Assembly: GCF_003704095.1 (NCBI RefSeq)
Contig: NW_020846086.1
Coordinates: 496,001 to 560,000 of the forward strand
Source of the DNA: Pocillopora damicornis
Lineage: Eukaryota
Length of the DNA stretch: 64,000 nucleotides
Direction: 5' to 3'
The notes beneath the pieces were generated by a model, which had not been told where the DNA came from, made no database searches, and saw only the letters and a program-made list of their open reading frames with translations. Positions 24,773-38,946 of this stretch are shown piece by piece (within the stretch, counting starts at the first letter, position 1; every line of letters starts with the position of its first letter). The translations under genes and the position numbers were made by a program.

Positions 24773-27700
24773 ATGGCTCGTATCGTTGAATGTGTTCCAA
24801 ATTTCTCCGAAGGACGAAACAAAGAGGTGATCGACGGCATAGCACAAGCTATTGCTTCTGTTGATGGTTGTTCACTTCTTGACGTGGATCCAGGCGTGTC
24901 CACAAACAGGACTGTTTACACATTTGTCGGTTCGCCTGAGAGTGTGGTGGAAGGAGCTTTGAATGGAGCAAGAATGGCAATGCAGTTGATTGACATGACA
25001 AGTCACCAAGGTACTGCTATTTGTTTGGTTTAAGTTTTTTTTTATCGTGAATGTAAAGCGAATAGTAATTATTAATTTTGAGTATGAAGTGTCAAAAAAT
25101 GATCGCGTGAACCCTTAATTCCCAGAAGTGATTAACTAGAAACTTCTCCCTATAATATCCATACATAATTCAACAAGCAGGTAATAAGAATACTCAAACT
25201 TATCAGGTAAAAGTTTATATCTTGATGTGATACCCATTTCTTCCCACTAATTTACAGATGTGCAGCAGCTAAAGGGGAGAATTGACAATCATATCTTGGG
25301 AATTAAAGGGTTGAAAATTATTTCTATATTGTAGCAAGTCATATTAAGAGTTTCTTCATTTCCTGTCCAGATTAATTGAGAAATGTTTAAAAAATAAAGT
25401 GACATTGATCCTACAATCTTGAATTGATGCTTGTAGAATATAATGCATACATTTACAGAGTGAGATTGTTTTAGGTCCAAATAAACTCGCTCACAATCAT
25501 AGATACAGGTATGTATAATTAATGAGGTTTATAGACAAACCTCGCCTTTTCTATCAGTGACCATTACAATCTGATACTAGTTTACTGGATGTAATAATTT
25601 TCAAAATTCTCTATGCAATTTAAATATTTCTTAAAGTATCAGCAAGTGCCATTTGAATTCTATTTGTTGCACATACAATCTGAAATTGCACATGTTTTCT
25701 TTGTGATCTCTCTCTCACAGGTAAAACCTGTCAAGCAACTTTATAAGAGTGAGGAGGGGGAAGGGAGTAGTGGAGGAGGAGTGGTGAAACATGTAGCTAC
25801 CTAAGGGGTGAACTGTCAGGAAATCTGTCTTAGAAATATGGCAAAATTCTGGAATAAGGGAGGGGGTGAAGGGAGACCTTTGTTGAGCTTGAAGCTTGTC
25901 AAGGGGAAGTATGAATACTCTCATTTATTCTATTTCAACAGGAAATGGATAACTTTTGGTGATGTTGACAAAAATTGGCTCGCACAGGACTAAACTTGTA
26001 ACAATTTGTATTATTTTATCATGATTAGGAGTTTCCTGTTTTATTAAAATAGAAGCACTTTTATTTCCAGGAGAACACAAACGGCTTGGTGCCTTGGATG
26101 TCTGCCCCTTTATTCCTGTCCAGGGTGTAACTATGGATGATTGTGTTCAGTGTGCAAAAGAATTTGGAGAGAGAGCAGCTATAGAGCTTGGGATACCAGG
26201 TATCTCAAAATTTCTATAACAAATTAATATTATGAGATATACTGTGAGTTGTCTGAGATAGATTGTTAAAGATAGTTTTGATAACAATAGTTACTATGAG
26301 CAAATTGTTAGTCAACTCCCAAATTTTGAAGTTAAAGTTGTATAGCTGTGAATGTACACCGAATATGAACCTGAACATGTCTAATGATTTCCAAAATGTT
26401 CTACACAAATTTCCTAAGGTGCTGATAAGGGGAATTTGTTTAACAATCAAGAGTTTCTTTAGTTGTTGATCATTTCCTTCATTCTCATGACCTTTACAAT
26501 GTGTTATTCAGGGGTGATATTGCAAGAAGAAATTATTGCTAAGTCACTTTTAGGGGTGAAAAAATAAGGGTTGATAAAGTGAGAACAGAAAATCAGGAAA
26601 CAAAGTAAATTTGAAAGACTTGATTTGCTGGAAGGAAACCTCGCTAAGAAAGTTTTTGATTATTTCCTTTTAGTATATTTGTATGGATATGCATCTAATA
26701 CAGAACATCGAAAAACTGTCCCTCAAATTAGGGCAGGGGAGTATGAAGGACTTGCTGAAAAGGTAACTCCACCTTACAACTTGAAATGTTACACTGTGCT
26801 TATATCTTAAAATAAGATCTAAACTATCCCACTGTATATTAAATAGTATACATGTAACTCTGAACTAGATTATTGTTTAGTAAGAAATATTTTTATGGGT
26901 AAAATGATGTAACCTTTTGACTGACTTGTATGTCTATGAGCCATCTTAGGAAAAAAGTCATATTTGTATAGTTATTATATCAAGCCTTTGTGTTCTATGT
27001 ATGATGCAAGAGTTTATCTGTCCATTAAAGGGGAACTGAGGCTTAAAATTTTAATTTTTTTGCATTCATTTCTAGTTTTCTATTATGCTGTATACAATGT
27101 TTCTTAGAGCTTCTTGAGTAATTTTGAGATGTGTCTGAGAAAAAGTTGACCCTGCAGGAAATTATGAAATTGAAGGCAACCAGAAAAAGCACCACCTGTT
27201 TTAAACTCTTCTACTCCCAAGATCTTCTTAGTAATTCACCTTACCATTGCCATTCAATTCTTTTGATAGTAGTTTGGAGAATTTGGTTTGGGATATTTGT
27301 TTCCATTTTTTTTCTGCTTGATATTGTATTGATAACACATCCCAATTTAAAAACCTTAACTTCACCAATTGAAAATGGACAGGATACTTTATGTATCTTA
27401 GTTCCTGAATGAACCAATCAGATCTCAAATACATTTTTAATGAGATATTTAGGGAATAAATTACTGTGTCACTCATGGGAGTTAATGAAAAATGAACTCA
27501 AGTCATATGTCATCCAATAGATTAAAAAACCAGAGTGGAAGCCAGACTTTGGTCCAGTTGAGTTCCTTCCTACCTGGGGAGCTACCATTGCAGGAGCAAG
27601 GAAGTTCTTGATTGCTTACAATATTAACATTTTGGGAACAAAAGAGCAAGCTCACCGACTGGCACTGAATCTGAGGACACAAGGCAGAGGTCCCGATCAG

Positions 27701-30700
27701 GTGAAAATTATGTGAGATTTTTTTCCATTTAATTTTGATTTTACTTAACTTACAGACTGTACTTTCTGTCATTTGATGCCTGAGCACAGTTGTAGTTATG
27801 AATTACAATGAGTTCATCTACATCTCATTCATCTTTGTTAATGAGATTGTTCTGATTGTTCACAGTCATTGTAACTTAATTTAAGACTGAAATGTAGGTA
27901 CCCCCTATACTTTTTATGTGAAGTGTGATTGGGCAATTTTTTTTCTCATGAATAGTGATTTCAATTGACTTTTTTAATTCTTTAATCGTGATTAAAGATG
28001 ATAGATCTTTTGACATCCACAAGAAAAATTTTCTTATTTAAATGTGAATTAGGAGCTTAATTAAACATGATTTGTGAACCAGCCATTTTATTGTTTTGAA
28101 AATGTGCCTATTGTTCTCGAACAGCTGTGGCTAGGTTTAGATTTCATTGAAAGACCACTAATGGTTTTTGAACAAATAAGATAAGACATCACATCATTCT
28201 TTATCACGACTTATGTGACTGAGTTTTACAAAGCGGTATATTAGCAGTATGAGGGAACTTCTGAAATATCTTTGAAGACAAGGTCTTCTTCACAGGTGTA
28301 GCCAGGATTTTTCAAATGAGTGATGGGAGGGGGGATCACACTGTGTTGAACAGAGGGCTCTCCAGTGTTTGCCACCTGAATATTGTAGGTTTTTTGCTAA
28401 AAAAAAGGCTCACAAGGGGAGAGGAACACCCCAGGATCCCCACCCCCTTAGCTATGCGTATGCTTCAGCAGTGTAATCATGCAAAAATATTGACAGAATG
28501 ACAGAGCAGAGGTGATACTTGCAAATTGAAACATTCTGAAGAATGCCTGATAACCTGTTTAAGATGAACATGTCACATTCTCAATGATTAGATTGGTAAG
28601 CGTTGTCTTTGACAAATGCATATTGACTGTTGTGATTACTATGGCTCTGATTTTATGACTCTGAGTCAAAAAGCTGAGCTTTAAGTTTGGAGATACAAAC
28701 AATGAAAAACAGTATATTCTTTGTTGGGCAAGAGAAATGAAATGAAAAAGTGAAACATTACCAGATAAATGTTCAACTTTTGAATGTTTCTCTTATTCGC
28801 AACAGCCAGGTTGCCTTTCTGAATGCCAAGGCATGGGCTGGTATTTGGAAGAAGCAAATATAGCACAAGTGTCTTTAAATCTTCTGGACTATCGTCAAGC
28901 TGGTATGCACACTGCCTTTGAAGAATGTGTGAATGATGCAAGGGTATGGACTGGTGCAATCAGTTGTTTTTTGATCCTGTTAATGTGGCATTGACATTAT
29001 CTTTAAAGTTTCATGACACTGTGAAAATTATTGACCATAGAATACTAAAAAAAAAAGCTGAAATGGAGGCGATATTTATCTAATGATCCTATGCTATCAG
29101 TATGCAGGAAGTTTGTCACAGGGGACCTAGTTATGAGTTTCAGACCTATAGCTCAGTGGTGGAGTTTCCAAAGTACTAATCAGAAGGTCCTAGGTTTGGC
29201 TACTATTGGAAGCACTGGTGTTCTTTCTCTCCAACTATTGCCTGTTTAGTTCACTAAATAACATCATCTTTCACCTGAAAAACCAGGCTTCAAATTTACC
29301 ATCTTCTTTATGCAAAAGCTTCACATTCAACATTATTCACCTAGCAGTATGTAGGTAGTGTGTCATGATGGACGTAGTTAAACAGCCTAGCTAACCACAA
29401 GTCTCTTATTACCAGTAGCTCAGTGGTAGAGCATTTGAAGAATTAATCAGGAGGTCCTAGGTTAGACTCCTATTTAGAGCACTTAGAGTTCCTTTTCTCC
29501 AAGTACGCCTTTGTCATTCACTGAAGAACATCATTTATAACTTGATAATTATCCAGTGGTCTGAAGTGAATAACTGTCATTATTGAAAGTGGGCTCCTTT
29601 CATTTGTTATTCATTTCTTTTAAGTTTTTTGTTTGTATTTTTATTTGTTTGTTAGTTTGTTTTGCCTTTTGTGTTTAAAGAAAATTGGGCAATCCCAAAG
29701 AGGTGGAAAGGCCCATCTTACTAGAGGTCGCGATATAATCGTAACTACTTGTAATTAAGAGTTTACAATATCTAAAAAAGAAATTTTGAACAGCAGACAA
29801 TTTCGGAACCGACTTGTTCTCACAACAAAGTAAGGGAGATTGAATTAACTGCAGAAGGGTTTTGTCATTTCTTTGTAGGAACTGAAGCTTGCTGTTTGTG
29901 GATCTCAGATTGTGGGTCTTGTTCCCCTGGAAGCCATGTTATTGACAGCTGACTTCTACATTCAGAAAGAAAATCTTTTTATTGTAGGTGAAGATCAAAA
30001 AATTCGTTTGGTAGGTAGCTAAACATGATATTTTGAAATTTGATATGAAGGCGGAGCTTGTGGGAGGTAAAGTTGAAATCCAGCTTGCCCTTTGGACTGG
30101 TATTTACAATTGGCCTATCTTGGGCTAAAGTAGACAGTTTGGAACCGGTTTTGTAGTGAAAACAGAATCCTACACAATCAAACGCCGTAAAAAATCACCA
30201 CATCCAAATTAATACAAAAGCTAGTGTAGGCAAGGTTTAGGGGAAGGTCTTCAAACCATAAGCAATTTTATAATCACTGGATTGCAGAAAACCTACCTCC
30301 AATTTGCATCTCGTTTAATGATGCATAGTGTTCATTTTTATATGCCTTGAAATATTTTTTTGCCATTTATAGGTGATAGAGAGACTAGGATTGAACTCAA
30401 TCACTCCATTTTATCCTAAAACAAGAATAATCGAGTGAGTACAATTTGTGAAATACGCACATGAAGAACCACGTGTTTTTGAGTAGACATGTTGGTTGCA
30501 ATTGATAAAACTGTTATAACAGTAATAGGAAACACGACCCTGATCAGCTGGCGGCTTATTGGGTATTACTTACATTGATTGAAGGGTGAAAATGAAAGCG
30601 AAAACGAGGGGTGAGCTTTATACGGTGTGTAAGTATGTAAGGTGCTTTGTGAGTTGTTCTAAGGGAGGTACAGTTTTTGGTTTAGTACACCAATTGCATT

Positions 30701-33700
30701 CCATTCCTTGAATCCCATCAATAAACTGAGTCACTGAGCCGCGTGTTTTTGGTACAGTGTTGAATCCTTCTCTTTCGCCTAATCGCATTCGTCATTTAAA
30801 TCTACTGTCAGATACATGGTTGGTGATGTAGAAGATGGACCTCTCGTGTCGATGCCTTTCCGACAGTTTATCTACAGCTTAGGATCTCGATCATCAGCTC
30901 CAGGGGGAGGATCCGCATCTGCGGCGATTGCTGCTATGGTACGTCTTGCAAACAGTGATTGGTCGATTGAATGTATTATTAAGTTAATTCCTGTTTCATC
31001 CTGAGAAAACAGGGCATAGTCTCCCTCTCCTGTCTTCCATTACTTCATGGTTAGCGCTACTGATGGAGCTGAAATCTAAAGAGTCATCATTCTCATCATC
31101 ATCGTTTATCTGCCTTTAGAAGGCGAGCAGACCTAGGAAGCCACCGGGTTTATGGGGAGGCCTGCTCACTTACAACAATATATTTAATAAAGAACAAGTG
31201 CTGCGAATGTGCCGCTCGGCCACTTTTCAGAGTTTATTTAAGTGAATTAAAGTAAGAAAAAGTAAAAAACTCGTCTTAAAGCTAAAAAGATTTGATGAAC
31301 GAGTGCCTGAAACAGGAAGAGAGTTCCAAATTTTAGGACCTTGGTAGAGGAATGTAAATTGCTTGAGATTTTTCGGACAGCGTGGTGAAGGAGAACAACT
31401 GAAGGAAAAAAGATGCGCGTAAGATTGTGAGTCCCAATCACAACTAAAGAACTGAAGATCGTTGGAGTATTGAGACATGCTTTGGTTTATTAATGAAAAG
31501 TAGCTGCCAAATACTTTTTAAACATATTGGTGTTTGTTATTATCAAGGCGATTCGAACCGTGCAAAATTGAAAAACGTGGCGCGACATTGATGATAATTA
31601 CAGCAATTCAGTTGAAATCGCACTGATAAGGTTCACACTGATTCTTGGTAGAGCCAGCTTTTCGATGGCCTTGACTCCCTGGTTATGTTAACATTCAACT
31701 TTAACTTAAAGGGTAAAGTCGGGAAAGGGCATATTTCGTACTGATCCCAGAGGCTCTTCGTTGTTTTTCTTTGTTGTTTAAAATTTATTGTTTGAATTTG
31801 TTTGTTTATTTGTTTTTGCCAGGGTGCTGCACTGGCGACCATGGTTGGCTGGTTATCGTACGGAAACAAGAAATTCGAAGCGTTGGATTCACAGATGAGG
31901 ACACTTATTCCTCCACTGAGACAAGCAATGTTTGATTTTATTCCAATGATTGATGCGGACACCAATGCATTCAGTGGATTCATGGTAAATTTGAATTTAT
32001 ATTATGTTCGCACTCTTTTACAAGTCGTATCCTTGGCTGTACTCGTTTGTAAACGACCGCTCTTGTGTGCTCGCGACGGCTCTCGTGTGCTCTCAAAAGC
32101 TGTTATGTACTCCCGACCGCTCTTGTATCCTTTTGTCAATTTACGAATACTTTCGTTTACTCTTTCGTCCTTTCATCAACTGACGTACACTCTTCTATTT
32201 GCATCCTGCTCAAATTAATGAAAAGCAACGAGATTCGCTCATCTATGGCTCATATGCTCTTGTGTTGATGATAGTCAATGCAAACGAATGAAAATATGTC
32301 ACAAGTCTCACGTTGTTTTTCTTCTTCGACAAAGCTGATTCCTTTTTTCCTCTAATCTTCGGAGTTCAATCTTTACGACATGTTGGAAGGGAAATTAAAT
32401 GAGCAATGTTGGGGATACTTGAATAATTGCAATAATGGGGACAAAAATTCATCGTTTTCTACAAGAGGAACAGCCTAGCTACATGATTGTTTCTTTATGA
32501 GAGGATCGTATTTCTGTTTAAAATATTTGAATTTACCTTCTTCAAATTCATGATGAATTTTCAACTTTTCAGGAAGCGAAGAAACTTTCAAAAACTACTC
32601 CTGAAGAAGAGGAAATGTAAGATTTTAAAGGCTCTGTACTGTTGGTATTACCTATAATAGCTTTTATTAGAATTCATTGATTTGAAATCATCGATACGAC
32701 ATTACAAAAAATGCCAACAGTTAAAAGAGGAAGACCCATCTGCAAGGGAAGACAATGAAGGAGGTCTCATTTTCCGTACAAGTGCAATTCTTTGTGTTCC
32801 TAACCTAGCGGCATAATAAAACTGGCCTTTCCTTGGCAGCTAAACCTGTACTAGAGATCATCGTGTTTCGAAAAACTCAACCTGATATTTTTAACTCGAA
32901 CGTCTATTGACATGACCCTGAGCGATCGTAGGTCTTGACATTAATGTTGGATACTATCTTTATCAACATCAAGCACCATTGTTGCTGCAGACTGTTTGGC
33001 ATAGATATCTGCTGGCGATATTCTAAAGCTCCTCAACCAGTAATTATTGCTTTGCGTCTTTCGATAATTTGATGACTTTTGAAATGCCGCTGTTGGTGTC
33101 TTATTACACCTGTAGGCCTTGCTACTGCCCGTACAAGCAATGAAAAACTCGCAGCATGTTTTTTAGGAATGAATTTTGGACCTATAACTGCAATATTGTT
33201 GTTATTTTTGTGTGGTATTTCAGACGTGAGAAGGCATTGCAAGATGGGCTCAGATCCGCTGTTCAGGTCCCTCTTAATGTTATCAAAACAGCTACCAAGG
33301 TGTGGAATCCGATGGTAGAGCTTGCTAAAATTGGAAATATTAATAGCAAGTCTGATCTGCAGGTAGGGAGTAAAATACTTGTATGAGAACATATCTAGTA
33401 GTGCGGATGTATGCATGTCCAGCTGCCCTTTCTGGTCACTCTCATCTTACTTTTCGTTTGAAATAATGGACATTGGGGTTGAGTGGATGGCACAGTTATG
33501 CACATCTATGTCTTCCTCGAAACTGAAAGTAGTGCTACCCTTTCTGGCTACATAAAAGTTTAGTTTGCGGAACCCCTTTTCCCGTTTTTACTGTTAGATG
33601 GGAGCAAGATGCAAACTTTTTTCACATTAAGATGGGCCTGGTCGGAATACACAAAGCAGAGTTTCACAATCCCCGGCTGTGACCATTGTACAACGTAGGA

Positions 33701-34428
33701 GTGGTATATAGGCGCTGGACTTAGGTGCCCTCGTAACAGAACGGAGTATCTAACGAGAATTTATTATATGTTTTGCTTCATAGGTTGGGGCTCGAAGTCT
33801 GGAGACAGCCGTGTGGGGCGCATTCTACAACGTGAAGATTAACTTAGAGGACATAAGTGATGAAACTTTTAACAAAGAAGTAAGTAATATGCGCTCTCAA
33901 CCATCAGCACTTATTAGTATTAAATTGTCACTGACAGTCATCTCAAAGTGATTTCCAAACACACAGGTTAAGAGAGACTGCTATTGTTTCTCTCAGTTAG
34001 TGCGTGCGTTATAGTTTGTCACTTCAGCTACACGGCCCGCTGAAATCAACAGTTTGTTTGAGTTGAAAACATTCCCCTCTTTTTGAACCCAGATGATGAA
34101 TATCTTAAAAACCTCGTTTTCTTGGTCCGTATTAAAAATTACGGAACCACGTTTATTCCATATTCAGTCGGAAACTTTCAGTAAGCAGGTGAAACTCGGT
34201 TTGCAAGAGGCATAAAGAAACATAGAATGGCTAAGTTGGATTAAATTACAATAAACTTAACCGCTTGGGGAAAAAGTGAGCCTGTCTTTTCGTGGTCGAA
34301 GATGCGCTTTATTCCATTGAAATTACCACTATTTTACGCGGTAGGTTCTTCACGAAGCGGAATCCTCTTTGGAAATTGCACAAGAAAAATGCAAGGAAAT
34401 CTTACAGATCCTAGAGGAAAGAAAATAA
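24773..34428 (+). CDS. FTCD: Formimidoyltransferase-cyclodeaminase, ~539 aa, 13 exons
   Basis: Exons: 24773-25010, 26071-26199, 26674-26762, 27521-27700, 28806-28943, 29879-30010, 30373-30434, 30812-30938, 31823-31984, 32573-32616, 33224-33362, 33784-33879, 34345-34428. Total 1620 nt, all [26 protein letters not shown], [14 protein letters not shown], [49 protein letters not shown]. Confidence 0.97.
29086..29535 (+). repeat. Head-to-tail dimer of the tRNA-containing repeat
   Basis: TAGCTCAGTGGT at 29149 and 29416, CAGTATGYAGG at 29098 and 29345, decayed B-boxes (GGTTTGGCT, GGTTAGACTCC). Confidence 0.7.
31085..31520 (-). mobile_element. 3' fragment of a CR1/L2-group LINE in FTCD intron 8
   Basis: ORF2 C-terminal signature [15 protein letters not shown]...SNLFSFK, then a short 3'UTR and a (GAT)n-like tail. 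Confidence 0.7.
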
Positions 34429-36327
34429 ACAACACCCCTGTGTAATAGAATGAGACTGGGGTGTGATGGTCAAGAGAGCGAAAGGAGTTAACGCACCCAC
34501 CTTCAAACTGGGACAAGGAAGATATTTGGCTGTTCTTATTGATTTGGTGAATGTACTTCTACTCCTTTCCTTCACATCTGCGTTGGGCTTGCTTCGTTGC
34601 AAAATATACACATTGATAATCGTGGGATCGTTTAAAGAGTTATCATTGAGTAAAAAAATTATGGTCAAATTTTTAAGTTATTATCTTAGGCACCGTGTTC
34701 GAGTGGATAAAATCCGTTAAACGTAAAAAGTTTAAGATAAAAGTTTTCAAGCTCTCAATAGAATAAGGAGTTGTGTTTTGAATTGATAAAAATGTTCTAA
34801 TGAAATAATAGTATAGTTTTTATGGAAATTTTGTACAACCTGCCAACGACACAATTAAATTTATGCTTCCTAAACGCTGGTCTCGCTTAAAAACTCGTCT
34901 TTAAGTTGTTTCGATTAAATTCACTTTAAAGTCAGATGTGAAAAATAAAACTATGTCGCTTTATTTATGCTGGTGCAACTTGCTTATCGCAAAAACTATT
35001 TAAAACTCTCTATAATACACAATTTGTCGTGTCTTTTGGCGATGAGCTTAGCCAGAAGATGTTATGTGAATGTCAAGGAAAAACGCCTAGACGTTCGAAA
35101 GCGGCTTTGGCAAATCTGAGTAAAATGTTTTACTTTTTCCGACCGAGGACATAATTGTATGTCATATTTTAGACAACATTTGCTCCATGATTTACTCCTT
35201 CCCACACTCCTCCTCATTTCCTCCCGGCTAAGATGGTTATATTTTTATCGCCTGGGCCAGCTGGAAAATTTTAAGTAAAGTTTTAATTTGAGATTAATCT
35301 CTGGGCTTGGTTTGGATATTTTTTCGGTTAGGAAAACTAAGACTTGATACTGCCATTCGTATTTCAAGACTGAATTTTTTGTCAATTTTTAAGAATTACA
35401 TTTTTTCAGGTTCAGTCTAACAGCTGTAGATTCGATTTTTTTCCTTTTCCTTATCTTTGGTTGCTATTCGTTTCACCTTTTGGCTGAATTTGCTACATAT
35501 TTTTCATTTATTTCGATGGAGAGGAAATTCACTCTCAAAATATCCGCTTAATTATTCAACTTTACCTCAAACATTTGTCGGGCTCTTCGGCCGACAAATC
35601 GATTTCTTATATTGTAAGAGTATATTCTTGATCATGCATTCAATATCTAAGTTGTTCTTGTTGTAACATCCGCTTTCGAATGAAGTTCTAACAATTCGAT
35701 CGTTTTGACATGTCATCGAACAATCTTTTAATGAACAATGCTCAAATAACGAAGGAAATATTAACTAAGAACTCTTGCACTCCAAAAACAAGACTAATAA
35801 ACCTTAACATCTTTTAGACATAATTAAGAGAGGCAAAAACCTAACAAAGATAATGCCTGAAACGAGCAGCGAAAGTAATTGGTCTTTTCTTGCGTGTATT
35901 TAGCATCAATAAGCTAGGCATATCGACAGAGGGTTTGGGCTGAATTACAAGCAGCTGTACGGAACATTCCATTTTTTTGTTCTTATTAGATTTTTTGTTT
36001 TAATAAAAGAAATGTCCTTCCACAGTGAGCTTTCGTCCCGTATACGCGCACAATTACTTAACCTAAGTACCAAAAGACTATCGCGTAACACTCAAATCTT
36101 ACGAACAGCCTACAATCATTTCTTTTTTCTTCATATTAATAGGGATCGTCTACATTTAAGGTAAAGACTTGTCAAAAATACCAACGCGAAGCCACTGTGA
36201 AGGCGACTGAAGTAAAGAAACTATTGTCACAGGACATTTAAGTTTTCATGCACTTCACCCTCTTTACTTGACATTTTTCAATTTCCTGCAGGTTGTTCTG
36301 TCTCGACGGAGCAAACTGTTTACTTTA

Positions 36328-37383
36328 CTACGTGTTGATCCTGATGCATCGCGAACGGAAGTTGTTTCTTAGATATGCGCGAAAATCCTTAATTTGGACA
36401 AAGTATATGATGAAGTTTAAGGCACTGCTGAAATATGCCCCAATACTGCCACCCACATAACGCACAATGTAATCTGTTGAAAATGAGCGCTGCGGTTTCA
36501 TTATCTGGGTGTATGCAGTGTTGCCTATGTAGACAAAATACGGGCATATAAAGGCAAATGTAAGAGAAATTAGAAGATAAGTTGCCCTGATTCTGGTAAC
36601 TGTAAGTTTTGCTTTGAAAGCACTGGTCTTTGCATGACGAATTTGTCTTCCAGTCCTAATCCACAGAGTCTTCAGCAAACACGCGTTGACATATGTTATG
36701 AAAATGCCAGGAATGACGTATTGTAATGGGAAAATAACGGCGGTTATTTGAAAAGGATAGAAGTTCTGATTGTAACGGCAGATCACTGTAAAATGACTGT
36801 CATTTAGACGCACTGCTACTCCGTCGTAAGTGGCTGCTGGAAGTAACATGGTGGTTATTCCTAAAATCCAAGCCCCAATGATCATCCTACGGACTGCGGT
36901 GACTCCAAGCGTGTAAGGATTCTTACGAGTTGATAAATATTTCGCTAAACTGATAACAACTAGGTTATTTATCGTAATAGCGGGAAACACGAAATTCAAA
37001 TAGCGGACCATCTTGCACAGCCACCCACTCTGCATAAGATCGAAAAGAATTTGAAGGCATAGAACGGGTAACGATAGGGAACAAGAAAGGAGATCAGAGA
37101 GGGATAAACTCCTCATATACAAGTTCAAACTGCGCACGAAACGACTCTTTTGGATTGGACTTGTGGTTTTCTTCTGCCAAAGAAAGTAAAACAGCGAACA
37201 GTTTCCAACGAACCCTACTGTGCCAATGACTGACAAAACTAAGCAGAGCACATGTTTAGCAGTGTTTCCAGCGGGCGTGAACACGTAAACAGGGTCCATT
37301 GCTTCAGTCTGATTACGGCCCATGCGTGACGAATCGTTTGAAGTCCAGTTAGGAGATGGCCACCAAGTTTTTCCTTTTTCCAT
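36328..37383 (-). CDS. Intronless orphan class A GPCR (paralog 1), 351 aa
   Basis: Seven hydrophobic segments, GFVGN (TM1), SLSLSD (TM2), WLCK (TM3 Cys), SLAKY at the DRY position, conserved TM4 W, ECL2 Cys, ALNFIIY (TM7), KDFR helix 8. Confidence 0.9.
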   Translation of the reverse strand: MEKGKTWWPSPNWTSNDSSRMGRNQTEAMDPVYVFTPAGNTAKHVLCLVLSVIGTVGFVGNCSLFYFLWQKKTTSPIQKSRFVRSLNLYMRSLSLSDLLSCSLSLPVLCLQILFDLMQSGWLCKMVRYLNFVFPAITINNLVVISLAKYLSTRKNPYTLGVTAVRRMIIGAWILGITTMLLPAATYDGVAVRLNDSHFTVICRYNQNFYPFQITAVIFPLQYVIPGIFITYVNACLLKTLWIRTGRQIRHAKTSAFKAKLTVTRIRATYLLISLTFAFICPYFVYIGNTAYTQIMKPQRSFSTDYIVRYVGGSIGAYFSSALNFIIYFVQIKDFRAYLRNNFRSRCIRINT

Positions 37384-38771
37384 TTCAGCACAGGTCTGTC
37401 GATAGGGAGTATGGGAAAATGTTTCGCAATTGGTATTGACAAGTGACCAACAAAAATCAGGCCTACCTGATGTTCACAATTCAGTGGTTTTCGTACCATG
37501 ACAACACTAACCAACCCTTCTACGTTCAAGACGAGGAACAATGGTTTCCCAAGGCTCTTTTGCCGGAAAATTTTATCTTCCTTACCTTTCAGTCGGTTTC
37601 GGTGGGTTTTCGATCATATCGCCATGCCGCCGTTTTTCATAATGGCACACGCGTTCAAAACGTATTTTAACGACTCATGACGTCATATCTCGTCGCCTTT
37701 GCAACTGGTCCATAAAGTTTAAAGTAGTGCAAGCAAACCTACAAACACAGGTTGAAACAACATTATTTCGTGGAAAACAAATTACGAAGCAACCTCGTAT
37801 TAACCGATTGATAGCAAACCTCGTCAGAACTATTAAGGAATATCCTGTGTTGCATCACTAGCTCAGATTTGGAGGCAGTGAAAACGGTGCCACTTTCTGT
37901 GTATTCATAAGGGTTGATCCCTTAGCAGGGGGGGAGGCAGTAAGCACTTTTGTTCTATCGCTCTATGGGCCGATGGAAAAAACGTAGCACTAAAGAATCT
38001 TAAATGAAGGGTTTGCAGTTACTCCTGTGACTATATATATTTTTATCTTGCTGAAGAGCTTTAAGGGATTCTCTTGAGAATTTTATTTCATTACATGGAT
38101 CATCGCAACTGAAGATAAACATGGAAATTTGAATTTCTAAAATATCCTTTCCGCTGGATAGTATTGGTGTTAATGAAAAGCTGGTAATCAAGGAGCGCTA
38201 AGAAAAAAAATCAAGAAACAAAACCCAAGAAATTGTGACAATGCACGTATACCAACTTGCACGAAATCAAAAAGATTGTTAGTTGTTCTACGTGTTTTAG
38301 AGAAGACTTTTAAAAAGTTAAGAACGGAATTTAATTCTGTTCTTTAAGCACTTTTTCAATATATCATATTTGCAAAGTAACGGCATGATATTATTAAGCA
38401 AAAGAAGGTAAAAAAATCCTCTATTACGACAAAATAAGTGTAGCACGAACTGATAATGAATGACCGTAGAAAAAAAAAAATTCGAAACCTAATGTCTCGT
38501 TTCATGCTTAAGTTTGATCTTCTCTCGATAAAGCACTCGAAAGGAGTTCGATTGTGGTTTACTGAATAACCTCCTGAAGAAAATACCAAATGACATCTCA
38601 TCTATATCCCTTTGTTCCTGTCCTATTTATCCTTCCAAATGATTTCCGATTAATTCTCAAATGCAAATGTCTGGATTCTTAGAAACCTTATGTTTTAGAT
38701 GTTCAGTTTCTGTCATTAAAAACCAAACCACTCGTTTTTTCTCTTCGTTTCGTAGGCCTTGTTTTGAAGAA

Positions 38772-38946
38772 TCAGGAAAAATCCCAAGCAACCGGAGATT
38801 TCATTCTTTCCCGACCGTTCCAAATTTTTACGCATGAAAATTCGAAATCGTAGAGATCCCCGTTCTCGATATGTTGGAAAAATCTGGGAGGGTCGCGAAA
38901 CAGTGAAATCGCCAATCGTATGGGATTTTCCCGACATATGAAAAGC
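38772..38946. mobile_element. Decayed MITE with ~55-bp imperfect inverted arms
   Basis: TCAGGAAAAATCCCAAGCAACCGGAGATTTCATTCTTTCCCGACC versus the reverse complement of the right arm, TCGGGAAAATCCCATACGATTGGCGATTTCACTGTTTCGCGACC. Confidence 0.55.

Noticed and set aside
29416-29480. Functional tRNA genes at ~29149, ~29416 and ~5768
   Set aside because: B-boxes and stems are decayed and the segments sit inside a larger repeat unit.
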